A stretch of DNA of 64,000 bases from Oceanispirochaeta sp. (GTDB lineage Bacteria > Spirochaetota > Spirochaetia > DSM-2461): the NCBI GenBank assembly GCA_963663385.2, contig CAXXXD010000004.1, forward strand, positions 64,001-128,000, given 5' to 3'. Shown here piece after piece: positions 27,399-38,706 of this stretch. The translations under genes were made by a program, and so were the position numbers. The stretch's first letter is position 1. Each line of letters opens with the position of its first letter. Below the pieces are notes generated by a model. The model was given only the letters and a program-made list of their open reading frames with translations. It was not told the DNA's origin and ran no database searches.

Positions 27399-29171
27399 AT
27401 GAGATTTATGCTGAGATTTAAGTTTCTGATGAATACCCTGCTGACTATCGCCATGCTTATTACACTTACCTTCTTTGCTTATACGGGATTATCAAAATCC
27501 CTGATAGTCTTCCTGGGGGTGATTTTCAGTCTGGTATCTATAATTGTTAGCGCCGTATTATTGAAAACATTCTCAGGTGTTTTTAAAAAAACAAATCAGG
27601 CAATAATTGACTTTGGTAAATCCGGAAGCAATATGACCAGTCATCTTGAAATAAACAGTAATAACGAACTGGGTGACATCACCGGTAGTTTTAACATCTT
27701 TATCGATAACCTCAGAGAGGTTCTTATCAACCTTTTCGACCTGATACACCGTAACCATCAGCTTGGAAATCATTTAGGCAACTCGTCCAAGGAGACAGCC
27801 GAATCGGTCAATGGAATTATCAGACGGGTTCAGAGCATGGAAGTAAGCGGAAAACAGTTAAATGAATCCATACTTCAATCCTCTTCAGCAATGGAAGAAA
27901 TCATGCGATCCATCGAAAGCCTCAATAATCAGGTGGAGCAGCAGTTTCAGGCTATCGAACAGTCCAGTTCCTCTACGGAGCAGATCATGGCATCGATTAC
28001 GAATGTCGCAAAGATCAGTGAAAATCGTCTTTCCTCCATGAATACTCTGGTGGAGCTGATTAATAACGGCGGAGAAAAGGTAGAAGAGACCAGCCGGATT
28101 ATTCAGGAGATTCAAAAGAATGCGGATGAGATGATGAGCATGATCGATATCATCAATAATATTTCCAGTCAAACGAACCTCCTGGCAATGAATGCCTCTA
28201 TAGAAGCCGCTCATGCCGGTGAGGCAGGGAAAGGATTTGCAGTAGTCGCTGATGAAATCAGGAAACTGGCGGAAGATACGGGTGAAAATGCGAGCCGGAT
28301 AGCCGACAGCCTGAACTCAACCACAAAAAAAATCAATGAAGCAAACGCCTCAGGTGCGGAAAGTGAAAAGGCTCTTATCGTAATCAATAGAGAAGTTAAT
28401 CTTTTCAGCGATGCCTTAGAAGATGTTTCCTACTCCATGGGAGAACTTTCCCAGGCAAGCAATGAAATTCTCCAGTCTATCGAGATTCTGAAAAATACCA
28501 GCAGCGTAGTGCTCACCGCATCGGAAGAGATGAAAATGGGAGCGAAGGAATCCATGGAATCTATTCTGCAGATAAAAGATGTTTCCGCTCGGAATCTGAC
28601 CGATATGAACCGTGTAATGGAGCGGACAGAGGAACTGAATACCCTATCTCTGCAGGTATCTGCTTTCAGTAATCAGAATCGTTACAACAACTCTCTTCTT
28701 ATCAGTGAAATAGAAAAATTCGAACTGGGTAGGGATGGGGCGGAGAACAGGGAGCTGGTAATGGGTATCGACTGGTCAGATGTTCTATCCGTAGGCATAA
28801 CTGATATGGACAGTGAACATAAAGAGCTCTTTAACCGGATCAATGCCCTTCTCAGTTCTCTTCTGGGAAGGGATAAGAACTATGATGTGGGAAAGCTGGT
28901 CGGTTTTATTAATGAATACATTGATTATCACTTCCGGGATGAGGAGAAGATGCTGGAATCCTGGAATTATCCGGAACTGGAACAGCACAAGAAGCTCCAT
29001 GCTATCTATGAGGAGTATTTTGCACATATCGAAAAAGAACTGACTGCCGGAAATTTTGATGCGCTTCTGTTGATGGAGATTCAGGAAAAGGTGGTTAACT
29101 GGCTGCTGAATCACATCGCAAAGGTGGATAAAAAATATGGAGAATATATCGCAAAACAAAAGAAAATATAG
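27399..29171 (+). CDS. Methyl-accepting chemotaxis protein with C-terminal bacteriohemerythrin domain
   Basis: Two adjacent N-terminal TMs and a HAMP-like segment; MCP hairpin [35 protein letters not shown]; hemerythrin [34 protein letters not shown]. Confidence 0.92.
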   Translation: MRFMLRFKFLMNTLLTIAMLITLTFFAYTGLSKSLIVFLGVIFSLVSIIVSAVLLKTFSGVFKKTNQAIIDFGKSGSNMTSHLEINSNNELGDITGSFNIFIDNLREVLINLFDLIHRNHQLGNHLGNSSKETAESVNGIIRRVQSMEVSGKQLNESILQSSSAMEEIMRSIESLNNQVEQQFQAIEQSSSSTEQIMASITNVAKISENRLSSMNTLVELINNGGEKVEETSRIIQEIQKNADEMMSMIDIINNISSQTNLLAMNASIEAAHAGEAGKGFAVVADEIRKLAEDTGENASRIADSLNSTTKKINEANASGAESEKALIVINREVNLFSDALEDVSYSMGELSQASNEILQSIEILKNTSSVVLTASEEMKMGAKESMESILQIKDVSARNLTDMNRVMERTEELNTLSLQVSAFSNQNRYNNSLLISEIEKFELGRDGAENRELVMGIDWSDVLSVGITDMDSEHKELFNRINALLSSLLGRDKNYDVGKLVGFINEYIDYHFRDEEKMLESWNYPELEQHKKLHAIYEEYFAHIEKELTAGNFDALLLMEIQEKVVNWLLNHIAKVDKKYGEYIAKQKKI

Positions 29172-29222
29172 CTCATAGCAGCAGGCTCAATCCAAAATAA
29201 TACTGATACAAAGGATTATAAA

Positions 29223-30896
29223 ATGAAATTCACTAAGCCGTCTCTCCATGTATTACTCACAGCCTTCTATGTCTGTTGTCTGATTCCTCTGGCATTCCTT
29301 TTCATCGGAAACAGCATCATCAGGATTCTGGTGCCTGTACTTGTCACCGTCCATGCCGTGACCAGTATTATAAGTTTCAGAGGACTTCAGAAAATCATCC
29401 ATTCCTTCAATGATGTCGTTCATAGTCGTTTGAGCAGAGACAGGACAAAAGCCTCCGACAGCGTTGAAGCCTTATCGGACCATATGAACGCCTGCCATCT
29501 ATCGAGAAGAAAAACCAATGCCATTCTTAAAAAGAACAAAGAGCATTCTTCTGAATTCACAAAAGAGCTCAAGGATTCGGTTTATCTGACAACAACCATC
29601 AATGGCAGCGTACAGAGTATTAAGGGTAAAATAACCAATCTGAATGATTCTCTGCTCAATTCCTCTTCCGCTATTGAAGAGATCGCCCAGACCATCAACT
29701 CCTTTTCGTCCCAGATTGAAGAACAATCCGCGTCGGTCATCCAGACCTCTTCAGCCATAGAGCAGATGGATGCCTCTATCCGTAATGTCAGTGATATTAC
29801 CAGCCGGGAAAACCAGACGGCCATGGACTTGCTGCAGCTGGCCGAAAAAAGCCAGCAGGGTATGGAAGAGATGAACAGGATAATCGAAACGGTGAATAAC
29901 AACATTGATGCGGTGCAGGAAATCATCACCGTGATAGAGAATATCGCATCTCAAACCAACCTGCTGTCAATGAATGCGGCGATTGAGGCAGCCCATGCGG
30001 GTGAAGCGGGCAAAGGTTTTGCCGTAGTCGCGGAGGAGATCAGAAAGCTGGCGGAATCAACGGCGGAAAACTCTACCCTCATATCCCATACTTTGAAAAA
30101 AATTGTGGATAACGTCCGGAAAGTAAAAACCGCCGGGGCTGAGAGTCTGAATGATTTCAATCAGATTCGAACCGAGACAGAACACCTGACTGATGCCTTT
30201 GTCTCCATCAAGAGTGCAACATCTGAGCTCAATGTGGGAAGCCGGGAAATAGTCAAGGCCACCCAGATTCTAAACGACATTTCCCTGCATATAAAAAACG
30301 GTTCCAGTGAAATCGGAGACAGCACCAGGGATATTCAGGATTCGATTACCACAATTGTAGAAGCCAGCAATGAGACGGAATCGGAAATCAGCAGAATCAC
30401 GGATGTCTCAAAAAGTATGAATATGATGTTTATGAATATATCCAATATATTCCTTGATTATGAAATATACCTGGATAAAATAGAGGAATTTCAGAATTTC
30501 GAATTTGGAAAAGCCAGTAATTTATCCGTTGTAAAGGTTATTATTCAGCACCTGCTCTGGCTTATCAAAGCCAGGGCTATTATTGACGGAACCCTGAAGG
30601 TCTCTGCCTCGGAAATTACCGATCACCACTCCTGCGAACTGGGGCAGTGGATCGACAAGAGTGCTCCCGACAGGATTAAGAAACTGCCCTACTTCAGCAC
30701 TATGACGGATAACCATGAAAAACTGCATTCCCTGGTGAAAACCATTACTGAAACAGTCCGGAGCAGTACGTTTGAAGAAACCGAAGAAAAATATAAAGAT
30801 CTGCTGAAACTGTCGGAACAGGTTATAGATGATCTGAACAGAATACAGATGGAATTGGACGGTAGTGTTCCAAAGACATCTGTCCCGGTAGGCTGA
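29223..30896 (+). CDS. Methyl-accepting chemotaxis protein with C-terminal CZB (chemoreceptor zinc-binding) domain
   Basis: MCP hairpin [26 protein letters not shown] motifs [21 protein letters not shown]. Confidence 0.9.
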   Translation: MKFTKPSLHVLLTAFYVCCLIPLAFLFIGNSIIRILVPVLVTVHAVTSIISFRGLQKIIHSFNDVVHSRLSRDRTKASDSVEALSDHMNACHLSRRKTNAILKKNKEHSSEFTKELKDSVYLTTTINGSVQSIKGKITNLNDSLLNSSSAIEEIAQTINSFSSQIEEQSASVIQTSSAIEQMDASIRNVSDITSRENQTAMDLLQLAEKSQQGMEEMNRIIETVNNNIDAVQEIITVIENIASQTNLLSMNAAIEAAHAGEAGKGFAVVAEEIRKLAESTAENSTLISHTLKKIVDNVRKVKTAGAESLNDFNQIRTETEHLTDAFVSIKSATSELNVGSREIVKATQILNDISLHIKNGSSEIGDSTRDIQDSITTIVEASNETESEISRITDVSKSMNMMFMNISNIFLDYEIYLDKIEEFQNFEFGKASNLSVVKVIIQHLLWLIKARAIIDGTLKVSASEITDHHSCELGQWIDKSAPDRIKKLPYFSTMTDNHEKLHSLVKTITETVRSSTFEETEEKYKDLLKLSEQVIDDLNRIQMELDGSVPKTSVPVG

Positions 30897-31111
30897 CAGG
30901 TCCCGTGAAAGCGTCTCTTGAGGTTCCAGGGTAATCCTGCAGTCCGGGGGGGATTGGGCAAACACCAAAACACCACTTTTCACTGTCTCCCCCTCTTAAA
31001 GTTCCTGAATATCCGGGAGCTTGTCTGTAGAGGGGGCCTTTCTTGTGGCCAAGTGTGCCGTCTATCAAGGCAGGATCTTATATTTTTCTAATATACAAGA
31101 TTAGGAATATT

Positions 31112-32314
31112 TTAAGTTGTATTATTCTCTTTCCTCCTGTTTTCTAGAGCTGATTTCAGACGTAATACCAGTTCTTCCAGAACAGAAGTAGGGCAAGCCA
31201 GATTTATTCTTTCAAAACAGCTCCCTTCTGAGCCAAAGATGTACCCCTCGCTAAAGAACGCAGATACCTTTGTTTTCATGAAACTTTCCAGTTCTTCCTG
31301 TGACATCTGCAATCCACGGCAATCCCACCATTGCAGATAGGTTCCTTCCATGTTAAATACCGATATTTCTGGAATATTTATAGATAAATAATTCTCTAGG
31401 AATGCTTTATTTTTGTTGATCAGATCTATAAACTCATCAAGCCATGAGATACAGGATGTATAGACAATCTCTGTTGCTGCAAATGCAATTGGGTTATGTA
31501 CGGCAATGGAATTTCGTTTCATAGCGTTATTGAAATCTTCTCGTAATTTACTGTTTTTGATAATGATGTTGGATATTTGCATTCCTGCCAGGTTAAAAGT
31601 TTTACTTGGTGACGTGCAAGTAATACAGTTCTCTGCGATTCTATCTGACATTGATGCAAATACATGATGCTCATGTCCAGGCAGAATAATATCAAAATGA
31701 ATTTCATCAGACACAATCAGTACGTTATTATCCAAACATATCTCTGCTACCTGCAATAATTCAGATTTTGTCCAAACACGGCCTACAGGATTGTGAGGAC
31801 TGCAAAAAATCAACATTTTATTCTTTGAGTCAGATGCCTTAAGTTTAAGGTCGTCAAAATCAATCTTGTAGCTTTTGTCAGACTCAATCAAGGAACTTTT
31901 TACAATTGTTCTGTCATTACGACTGATTGAATCATAAAAGGGGTGATAGACAGGAGTAAGCAGAATTACACCGTCACCAGGTTCGGTATAGGCCTGCACC
32001 GCGTTGCTTATTGCCGGAACTATACCGGGAAAAACTATGATCCAGTCTTTTTCAATTTCCCATTCATGCCGTGTTCTCATCCACTGGCAAACTGATTCAT
32101 AAAACTTGTCTGAAGGATCTGTATAGCCAAATATAAGTTTTTCCATAAATTCCGATAATTGTGAAATCAACTCCTGAGGATGTTTCAGTTCCATATCGGC
32201 TACAGATAATGGAACTATATTGTCAGCTATACCGGGGCTTCGACGTTTCATGCTTTCCCACTTTGAGGAAGACATTTCGGATCTGTTAATTACTGTTTTA
32301 AAATCATGATTCAC
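31112..32314 (-). CDS. MalY/PatB-family PLP-dependent C-S (beta-elimination) lyase
   Basis: PLSVADME, FCSPHNPVGRVWT, SDEIHFD, SPSKTFNLAG (PLP Lys), EGTYLQW, RINLACP; GTG start with GGAGG. Confidence 0.93.
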   Translation of the reverse strand: MNHDFKTVINRSEMSSSKWESMKRRSPGIADNIVPLSVADMELKHPQELISQLSEFMEKLIFGYTDPSDKFYESVCQWMRTRHEWEIEKDWIIVFPGIVPAISNAVQAYTEPGDGVILLTPVYHPFYDSISRNDRTIVKSSLIESDKSYKIDFDDLKLKASDSKNKMLIFCSPHNPVGRVWTKSELLQVAEICLDNNVLIVSDEIHFDIILPGHEHHVFASMSDRIAENCITCTSPSKTFNLAGMQISNIIIKNSKLREDFNNAMKRNSIAVHNPIAFAATEIVYTSCISWLDEFIDLINKNKAFLENYLSINIPEISVFNMEGTYLQWWDCRGLQMSQEELESFMKTKVSAFFSEGYIFGSEGSCFERINLACPTSVLEELVLRLKSALENRRKENNTT

Positions 32315-32325
32315 AGTTTATCCTC

Positions 32326-32721
32326 CTAAATTTCTTTTATGTTTGAATGAACAGGAATAATGGCATCAATTTCAATTCCGGCATTCAATGGCAATACAGC
32401 AACCTGAAATGTGACTCTGGCGGGAAAGGGTTCTTTAAAATAAGTGGAATAAACTTTATTCATTGCTTCGAAATCATTTATGTCCTTTAAATAAATAGAG
32501 ATCTTCACGGCATCTGAAAGTTTTACGCCACATTCAAAGGCAATTCCCTCCAGATTATTCAAACATTGTCTTGCCTGATCTTCAATATTATCGGGAAAAC
32601 CCCCTGTATCGGGATTCATTGGCAACTGCCCGGAAGTAAAAATAAATCCGTTTGATCTAATAGCTTGGGAATATGGTCCTATTGCAGGTGGAGCCTTGTC
32701 GCTTGTAATTTGCTGTCTCAT
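32326..32721 (-). CDS. ridA: RidA/YjgF-family enamine/imine deaminase
   Basis: APPAIGPYSQA, FTSGQLP, MNKVYSTYF..PARVTFQV..LP..IEIDA; ATG 32721 preferred over the upstream TTG. Confidence 0.9.
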   Translation of the reverse strand: MRQQITSDKAPPAIGPYSQAIRSNGFIFTSGQLPMNPDTGGFPDNIEDQARQCLNNLEGIAFECGVKLSDAVKISIYLKDINDFEAMNKVYSTYFKEPFPARVTFQVAVLPLNAGIEIDAIIPVHSNIKEI

Positions 32722-32748
32722 GCATTTATCCTTTTTCAATTACTGTTA

Positions 32749-33594
32749 TTAACCTTTGACACTTCCCTGGGTTAAACCAGCAACCAGATATTTCTGACCA
32801 AGGGCAAAAATAATCATAGTGGGAAGAAGTGCTATGATTATCCCGGCACTCATTATGTCCCAACTCACTCCTGCTTTAGATATAAAAGAGTTCAGAGCTA
32901 CCGGTATTGTTAAATATTTATCACTTGAAATAAGCATTACTGCCAGGAAAAGCTCATTCCAGATATTTACGAATGAAAAACTGAATATGGCTACCAACCC
33001 TGGGATACTGGTAGGAAGAATAATTCTGAACAATGCTGTAATGGGGTTACAGCCATCAATGAGCGCCGCTTCTTCCAAAGCTTTCGGTATTTTGTCAAAA
33101 AAAGCTTTCGACATTATTGTGCCGAAGGCCAGAGACAGAGCGATATATACCAGAGATAGGGCTACTAAATTATCAGTTAACCCTAAGAAGGATAGCATCA
33201 GGAATACTGGTATCATAAGAATAAATCCAGGAATCATCTGGGTGAAATATAAAAACATGATATATCCGAACTTTCTTTTTCCGTTATTGCTTCGGGATAA
33301 TGCAAAACCTGAAAATGTACAGATGATCAAACTACCCAAAGATGAAAGTACGGCAACAATGAGAGAGTTCATGAAATACAGTTTGAAGTTTGCAAAACTG
33401 AATAATCTCTCATAACTCTCAAGTGATATCTTTGAAGGGAAATAAATCAGTGGATTCGAATAGATCTCATTCATCGGTTTAAGAGATGTAATAAAAATCC
33501 AGTATAAAGGAGCAATGGCAAAAAGAAGGAAGAGAGACAAGGTCGCAAAACGGAATATTTTACCAACCATGATCTTAAAACTTTTTGTTTTCAT
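32749..33594 (-). CDS. Carbohydrate ABC transporter permease (MalG type)
   Basis: IPKALEEAALIDG, WNELFLA, QKYLVAGLTQGSVKG. Confidence 0.93.
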   Translation of the reverse strand: MKTKSFKIMVGKIFRFATLSLFLLFAIAPLYWIFITSLKPMNEIYSNPLIYFPSKISLESYERLFSFANFKLYFMNSLIVAVLSSLGSLIICTFSGFALSRSNNGKRKFGYIMFLYFTQMIPGFILMIPVFLMLSFLGLTDNLVALSLVYIALSLAFGTIMSKAFFDKIPKALEEAALIDGCNPITALFRIILPTSIPGLVAIFSFSFVNIWNELFLAVMLISSDKYLTIPVALNSFISKAGVSWDIMSAGIIIALLPTMIIFALGQKYLVAGLTQGSVKG

Positions 33595-34484
33595 AATGTT
33601 AGTTCCTCTTTTGATGTGTGCTTGATATAGAAGAATGAAAAAACAAAGAGAATGGATATTATCATCACACCGATTGCTGCACCCTGACCAAAGTTGTATT
33701 CCTTTATTATCTTATTTATCATCTCCGTAGCCAGAATATTTGTTGAGTTGGCAGGACCGCCACCGGTCATTCCGAATATTAAGTCAGGATAATTCATTAT
33801 CCATATACATCTGAGTAAAATTGTGCTTGAAATAGTTGAGCTTATATAGGGGATGGTTACATACAGTAATTGCCCTAGTTTTCCTGCTCCATCTATCTGG
33901 GCGGATTCATAAAGTTCTTTCGGTACCGACTGTAGGGCTGCCAATAGCATGACAGAGAAGTAGGGCACCCCGTACCAAATATTAGCAATTATAACAGCGA
34001 TCATAGCGTAATGTGGATTTGATAGAAAATTAACGGGTTTGGATATTATTCCGGATTTTAAAAGTAGATCGTTAATCATACCGAACTGCCCGTTAAACAG
34101 CCAGGCCCAAATGATACCAATGGCAAATCCGGATAAAGCCCAGGTGTAGAACACCAAACTCGTATACAAACCCCTTCCCCAAAAAGCTTCTTTTAAAAGA
34201 AGCGCCAGTAGAAACCCAAGTGAAAACTGGAAAATTACCGATAACAAAACCCATAACAATGAATTCAGTACGATCTGTATAAAGCTGATTGTCGGATTAA
34301 AAATAACAGTTTTAAAATTCTCAAAACCGTTAAAGTACAAATCATTCAGATTCAGCATTGAATAATTCATGAATGCGATAGAAAATATCTTTAGCACGGG
34401 AATGATTATAAGAATTAAAACTATCAATAGAGTAGGCAGTAACATCCATGAATATTTCTCATGCTTCCCGATAGGATTAGTCAA
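33591..34484 (-). CDS. Carbohydrate ABC transporter permease (MalF type)
   Basis: LAALQSVPKELYESAQIDGA, MTGGGPANST; TTG start after AAGGAG. Confidence 0.93.
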   Translation of the reverse strand: MTNPIGKHEKYSWMLLPTLLIVLILIIIPVLKIFSIAFMNYSMLNLNDLYFNGFENFKTVIFNPTISFIQIVLNSLLWVLLSVIFQFSLGFLLALLLKEAFWGRGLYTSLVFYTWALSGFAIGIIWAWLFNGQFGMINDLLLKSGIISKPVNFLSNPHYAMIAVIIANIWYGVPYFSVMLLAALQSVPKELYESAQIDGAGKLGQLLYVTIPYISSTISSTILLRCIWIMNYPDLIFGMTGGGPANSTNILATEMINKIIKEYNFGQGAAIGVMIISILFVFSFFYIKHTSKEELTL

Positions 34485-34544
34485 AATCTCTTCTCCTTAT
34501 AAAATACCCCCGGGAACAATTTCTCCCGGGAGGAAATAAAATAA

Positions 34545-35819
34545 TCAGTCCCAGTATGAAGCCCAATCTTTAGCAGCACTTTCAGGAGTGATCTGCCCCA
34601 GCAGTACTTTCTGCATAAGTTGTTCCTGAATCTGACTCCAACCCGGATATTTATCAGATGAATACGGGTATTTGACAAATTTAAACTTTACTGGAGTATT
34701 CATGGAAGTAGCCCATGCTTTATATACTCCTGTACTGAAGTATGGATCATCTGTAAAGGAAGTTGTATGGATAGGTAAAGTTCCATACTGTTTACAGAAT
34801 TCCGAGTTTTTCTCGGAAGAAGACATGAAGGATATAAAGTCCCATGATTCTTTCTGATGTTTGGAATAGCTGGGAATACCCAAGCCTGCGTATCCGTAAT
34901 CAAGATAAGTATATCCTGATTTTCCGGAAGGAATGGGAATTACAGTATACTGATCCCGGCTCAGCTGTTTATCAACAAGAGGAACGGTATCCGGGTCCTG
35001 TATCAGAAAGGGGGTTGTCCCTGAAACAAAAGCATTGATCTGTTCGTTGAAACCCCAGTTTACAGCATCAGATGGAGCCGCCTCTGAGAAGAGATCAGCG
35101 TATTCTTTTAATCCCTTTATAAAATCCGGGTTACTGAAGACACTTTCTCCATCCGATGTTTCATACAGGTTCTCGGTATTGATCTCGTCAATATCTGAAA
35201 GAATCATTATATCGGAAGTCTTAAAGGCATTCCCTTTCCCTCTGAAATCAAAACCGAACTGAGCATCCTGTTCTACTGTTATTTGTTTGGCAATCTTGTA
35301 GAGATCTTCTAGAGTTTCCGGCATTTCAGTTACCCCTAGCTGTTTCAGAATATCAGTTCTTACAAAAAGAGCCTTGATGTAGAAAAACTGTGGTATCAGA
35401 TAGGGATGACCACCAACATCAGAGGCAGCCTCTTTTGTTATGGACAACATAGTATTTGCTTCCGACCAATCTGAAATCATTGAACTTAGATCCTGAAGTT
35501 TATCATTGTTTACAAACTGAGAGACTGTCATATCTCTTATTTCAACAATATCGAGAGCTTGATTTGTATTCAGCATCATGGTCAATTTATTATCAGCCTG
35601 TTCATAGGGTGGTGAAATCAAATTAATTGTGATCTCAGGATGCAATGCCTCATACTCGGCAATGAAGCCTTTTATAACTTTTGTCCTGTCAGGATTTGTC
35701 ATAACTTCAAGGAAATTGAGTTCAACCTTCTTGCTTGCCTCACTTTCCTGGCTTCCATTTGCATAAGTATTAAAACCAAGAATCAGTACTCCAAGAATAA
35801 ATACGAAAAATCTTTTCAT
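34545..35819 (-). CDS. ABC transporter sugar-binding protein
   Basis: Signal ..GFNTYA-NGSQE; SBP_bac_1-like features (LFVRTDIL, PETLEDLY, AFVSG). Confidence 0.9.
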   Translation of the reverse strand: MKRFFVFILGVLILGFNTYANGSQESEASKKVELNFLEVMTNPDRTKVIKGFIAEYEALHPEITINLISPPYEQADNKLTMMLNTNQALDIVEIRDMTVSQFVNNDKLQDLSSMISDWSEANTMLSITKEAASDVGGHPYLIPQFFYIKALFVRTDILKQLGVTEMPETLEDLYKIAKQITVEQDAQFGFDFRGKGNAFKTSDIMILSDIDEINTENLYETSDGESVFSNPDFIKGLKEYADLFSEAAPSDAVNWGFNEQINAFVSGTTPFLIQDPDTVPLVDKQLSRDQYTVIPIPSGKSGYTYLDYGYAGLGIPSYSKHQKESWDFISFMSSSEKNSEFCKQYGTLPIHTTSFTDDPYFSTGVYKAWATSMNTPVKFKFVKYPYSSDKYPGWSQIQEQLMQKVLLGQITPESAAKDWASYWD

Positions 35820-35957
35820 TTTCTTTTCCTCCTAATCAACATTAAACTCTTGAGACTCAAGATAATCAAATCACCTCCTTTTTTACTTGAGTATCAAAAA
35901 CATATCAAATAACGGATACTGAATTTTTTATTCATTTGTAATCCATTAAATACCATT

Positions 35958-35971
35958 TGTTAACGTAAACA
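35958..35971. promoter_or_regulatory. Putative LacI-family operator upstream of the ABC operon
   Basis: TGTTAACGTAAACA, 2 mismatches to the reverse complement of TGTTAGCGTTAACA found at 43628-43641. Confidence 0.6.
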
Positions 35972-36042
35972 AAATCTATTCAATTAAACCAGGCAAAGAT
36001 AAAATGATTCATTCAGTGCCTGGATTCATACATCTTTATTTC

Positions 36043-36077
36043 GCTGTATTCAAGACATCGCTGTTCTTGAATACAGC
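36043..36077 (-). terminator. 13-bp perfect stem-loop just after the DUF4867 gene
   Basis: GCTGTATTCAAGA-(9 nt)-TCTTGAATACAGC. Confidence 0.6.
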
Positions 36078-36081
36078 AGGA

Positions 36082-36720
36082 TCAACATCGTTCAGAAAAA
36101 AGAATATCTCCTTTCAATAGCGTCAGGGCGCCCTCTTCTGGGTTTGCCGCTTCCGGATGAGTCATTATCCATTTGTTATTACTTACAAGCAGATGGTCTT
36201 CTTCTGACAGAATTGTCTTTTTGACTTTAATTGATGTACAAGTGCCTTTTGTCAAGGCTACCGCTACCTGAAATCCCTGACCGTTATGGCCATCACAAGG
36301 GGCATAATGAAGTGTATAAGGATAGATCTCCATCATGCTGTTTGAAGGAACAAAAAAAGCTTCCATCTTTCCTGTATCATAGGTTCCACCTTTCATATCA
36401 TGATATGAACCTAGAACAAAGACAGTCTCTTTTGCTGTTATACAGATCTCACTGCATTTGTGATATTCGACACTATCCAGTTTTGTATTAAAGCCATTAC
36501 AGTAACCAAGCTGTATATACTGGCCTCCAAAAAAATTGTTTTGAAGATCATTAAAAACAGGATGTCCTTCAAGTTCCTCAATAGATGGAAAATATTCAAA
36601 TCCTGATTCAGGTACACGGGTCACTGATGTGAAGTGAGTAATAAAATTGTCAATATCATATCCACTAATGAGACGTGCATATCTGCCAAAATTACTGCTT
36701 TTACAAGATTGGATGTTCAT
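36082..36720 (-). CDS. DUF4867-family protein (cupin-like, function unknown)
   Basis: FGRYARLISGYD, GGQYIQLGYCNGFNTKLDSVEYHKCSE, YDTGKMEAFFVP, TLHYAPC, NKWIMTHPE; AAGGAG before ATG 36720. Confidence 0.78.
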   Translation of the reverse strand: MNIQSCKSSNFGRYARLISGYDIDNFITHFTSVTRVPESGFEYFPSIEELEGHPVFNDLQNNFFGGQYIQLGYCNGFNTKLDSVEYHKCSEICITAKETVFVLGSYHDMKGGTYDTGKMEAFFVPSNSMMEIYPYTLHYAPCDGHNGQGFQVAVALTKGTCTSIKVKKTILSEEDHLLVSNNKWIMTHPEAANPEEGALTLLKGDILFSERC

Positions 36721-36767
36721 ACTCACTCCTTTTTATAATTGGTGCGCTAATACGATACCTGGGTATA

Positions 36768-38060
36768 TCAAACTTCAAGTCCCAGCAAGCGCGGAAGCCA
36801 CAGGGTTAGATCAGGAATAAAGCCTACACCAAGAACAACAATCAGATTAAAAAGCAGAAAGGGTAGAATCTCTTTGCTCACCCTGAATAAATCGACCTTG
36901 GCCATATCTGTTATGGCAAAAAGGACATTTCCCACCGGAGGTGTGCATAAACCGATATTGGTATTGATAATCAGCATTATCCCAAACTGTATGGCATTCA
37001 GTCCCAGGTTTTCTGCAATCGGCCACAGGATTGGTGCAAAAAGAATGATTGATACTCCGGGATCCATCCAGGTTCCCATAAAGAGAAAAAATACATTAAC
37101 TAGCAGTATTAATACGACTTTATTACTAGTTATTGAAAGAAAGAAGTGTTCGGCAACAGTGGGGACATGTTCTGCACCAAATACCCATGTAATAACAGAG
37201 GCGCCGGCTATAATCAGATATAGTTTGGCAGAACTGCGGACAGCGCCTTTAAGGGAAACAAGCAAATCTTTGATATTGAGTGATCTGTAAATAATAAATC
37301 CCACAAGAATGGAGTACATAACTGAAACAGCAGCCGCTTCCGTTGGTGTAAAAACACCGGACAAAAGACCGCCAATTATAATGACCGGCATAAGAAGAGC
37401 AAGAAAAGCATCTTTTAATCCAAAGAAAAATTGCTTGGGAGTCGTTTTTACGACGACTTTGGGATACTGTCTGTGTTTGGAAATAATGGCCACCATAAGC
37501 ATATCGATAATGCCGATCAACAGCCCCGGTATGATAGCTCCCAGGAACATCCCTCCGACGGAAACCTCCATAACAGCCGCATATAATACGATAACCGTAC
37601 TGGGAGGGATTATTGGTCCGACAAGAGATGACGCCGCTGTTATCCCGGCACTGAATTCACGGTCATAGCCCTGTTTTTCCATAGAGGGAATAAAAATAGT
37701 GCCCAGTGCTGCAATATCGCCAAGAGCGACACCTGTGATTCCGGCAAAAAGAATACTGGCCAGAACATTAACCTGAGCCAAGCCACCCCGAACACGTCCT
37801 ATTACTATATTGGAAAAATTAATAAGTCGATCAGAGATCCCGACTCTGTTCATAATATCCCCGGCAAGCATAAAAAAAGGAATAGCCGTCAGTACAAATA
37901 CATTAATTCCTCCAAAAACTTTTTCTGGCATCATCATAAGGTTCATGAAATCACCTGAAAACAGTAAATAAAAAAATCCGCTGACCAGCATAGAGAAACC
38001 AACCGGCATACCAAGAAACAGGAACCCCAGAAATACAATAAGAAATAAAGCCAATGTCAT
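36768..38060 (-). CDS. dctM: TRAP transporter large permease
   Basis: LTAIPFFMLAG, GGLAQVNV, GPIIPPS, GVFTPTEAA, IGLCTPPVG. Confidence 0.95.
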   Translation of the reverse strand: MTLALFLIVFLGFLFLGMPVGFSMLVSGFFYLLFSGDFMNLMMMPEKVFGGINVFVLTAIPFFMLAGDIMNRVGISDRLINFSNIVIGRVRGGLAQVNVLASILFAGITGVALGDIAALGTIFIPSMEKQGYDREFSAGITAASSLVGPIIPPSTVIVLYAAVMEVSVGGMFLGAIIPGLLIGIIDMLMVAIISKHRQYPKVVVKTTPKQFFFGLKDAFLALLMPVIIIGGLLSGVFTPTEAAAVSVMYSILVGFIIYRSLNIKDLLVSLKGAVRSSAKLYLIIAGASVITWVFGAEHVPTVAEHFFLSITSNKVVLILLVNVFFLFMGTWMDPGVSIILFAPILWPIAENLGLNAIQFGIMLIINTNIGLCTPPVGNVLFAITDMAKVDLFRVSKEILPFLLFNLIVVLGVGFIPDLTLWLPRLLGLEV

Positions 38061-38071
38061 TTTTTCCTCCC

Positions 38072-38602
38072 TTATTCTGAAATCGGGGACTTCCCTGCAT
38101 CTCTATCAGGATGAGTAAGATCCTGAATAAAATTTTTAATTATGAAAATTCCTAATAATATTCCGCTTAACGGAATGGCCATATAAGGCCACATCATCGA
38201 AATCCCCAATCCGCCGGACATCATAAACTTCATGAAAATAGCGGTATCAAAACCAACAGTTACCCAGACAACCATTGTTCCAAAGATACAAATGTCAAAG
38301 AATAATCTGATAGAATATCTCATAAGTGAAGGAAGATGATCGAAGAAATAGTTTACCCTGATATGATCATTGTCATGGGTTACGGATGCACATGTAAAAA
38401 GGGCCATGTATACAATAATGTAACGAGTCAATTCTTCAGCCCAGGGAAATGAATATTTAAAGGTATATCTGGAAAAGACCAGAGCAACCATTATGAGTAC
38501 AGAAGACATCAGTAAATAACTGGATACTTGTACAAGAATCTCAGATAAAGAACTCAAAAACTTTTTTGTTTTTTCCGAGATATGCTGATGAGATGATTTC
38601 AT
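38072..38602 (-). CDS. dctQ: TRAP transporter small permease
   Basis: VFSRY..PWAEELTRY, HIRVNYF, PYMAIP; 4 TM; lies between dctP and dctM. Confidence 0.92.
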   Translation of the reverse strand: MKSSHQHISEKTKKFLSSLSEILVQVSSYLLMSSVLIMVALVFSRYTFKYSFPWAEELTRYIIVYMALFTCASVTHDNDHIRVNYFFDHLPSLMRYSIRLFFDICIFGTMVVWVTVGFDTAIFMKFMMSGGLGISMMWPYMAIPLSGILLGIFIIKNFIQDLTHPDRDAGKSPISE

Positions 38603-38639
38603 TTTTAATCCTTAATATTCTCAACTTTTACTAAAAAAT

Positions 38640-38682
38640 AAAAAACAGCCTTTTCATATTACCGATGCCAATATGAAAAGGC
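38640..38682 (-). terminator. Intrinsic terminator/attenuator after dctP
   Basis: GCCTTTTCATATT-(9 nt)-AATATGAAAAGGC, with a T-run downstream on the minus strand. Confidence 0.7.
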
Positions 38683-38706
38683 ATGATTTACTGAAACTCC
38701 TGGATA

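Noticed and set aside
30897..31075. Intergenic GC-rich stretch and short minus-strand ORFs at the island's left edge
   Set aside because: No recognisable protein motif, tRNA, att site or repeat matching the right edge.
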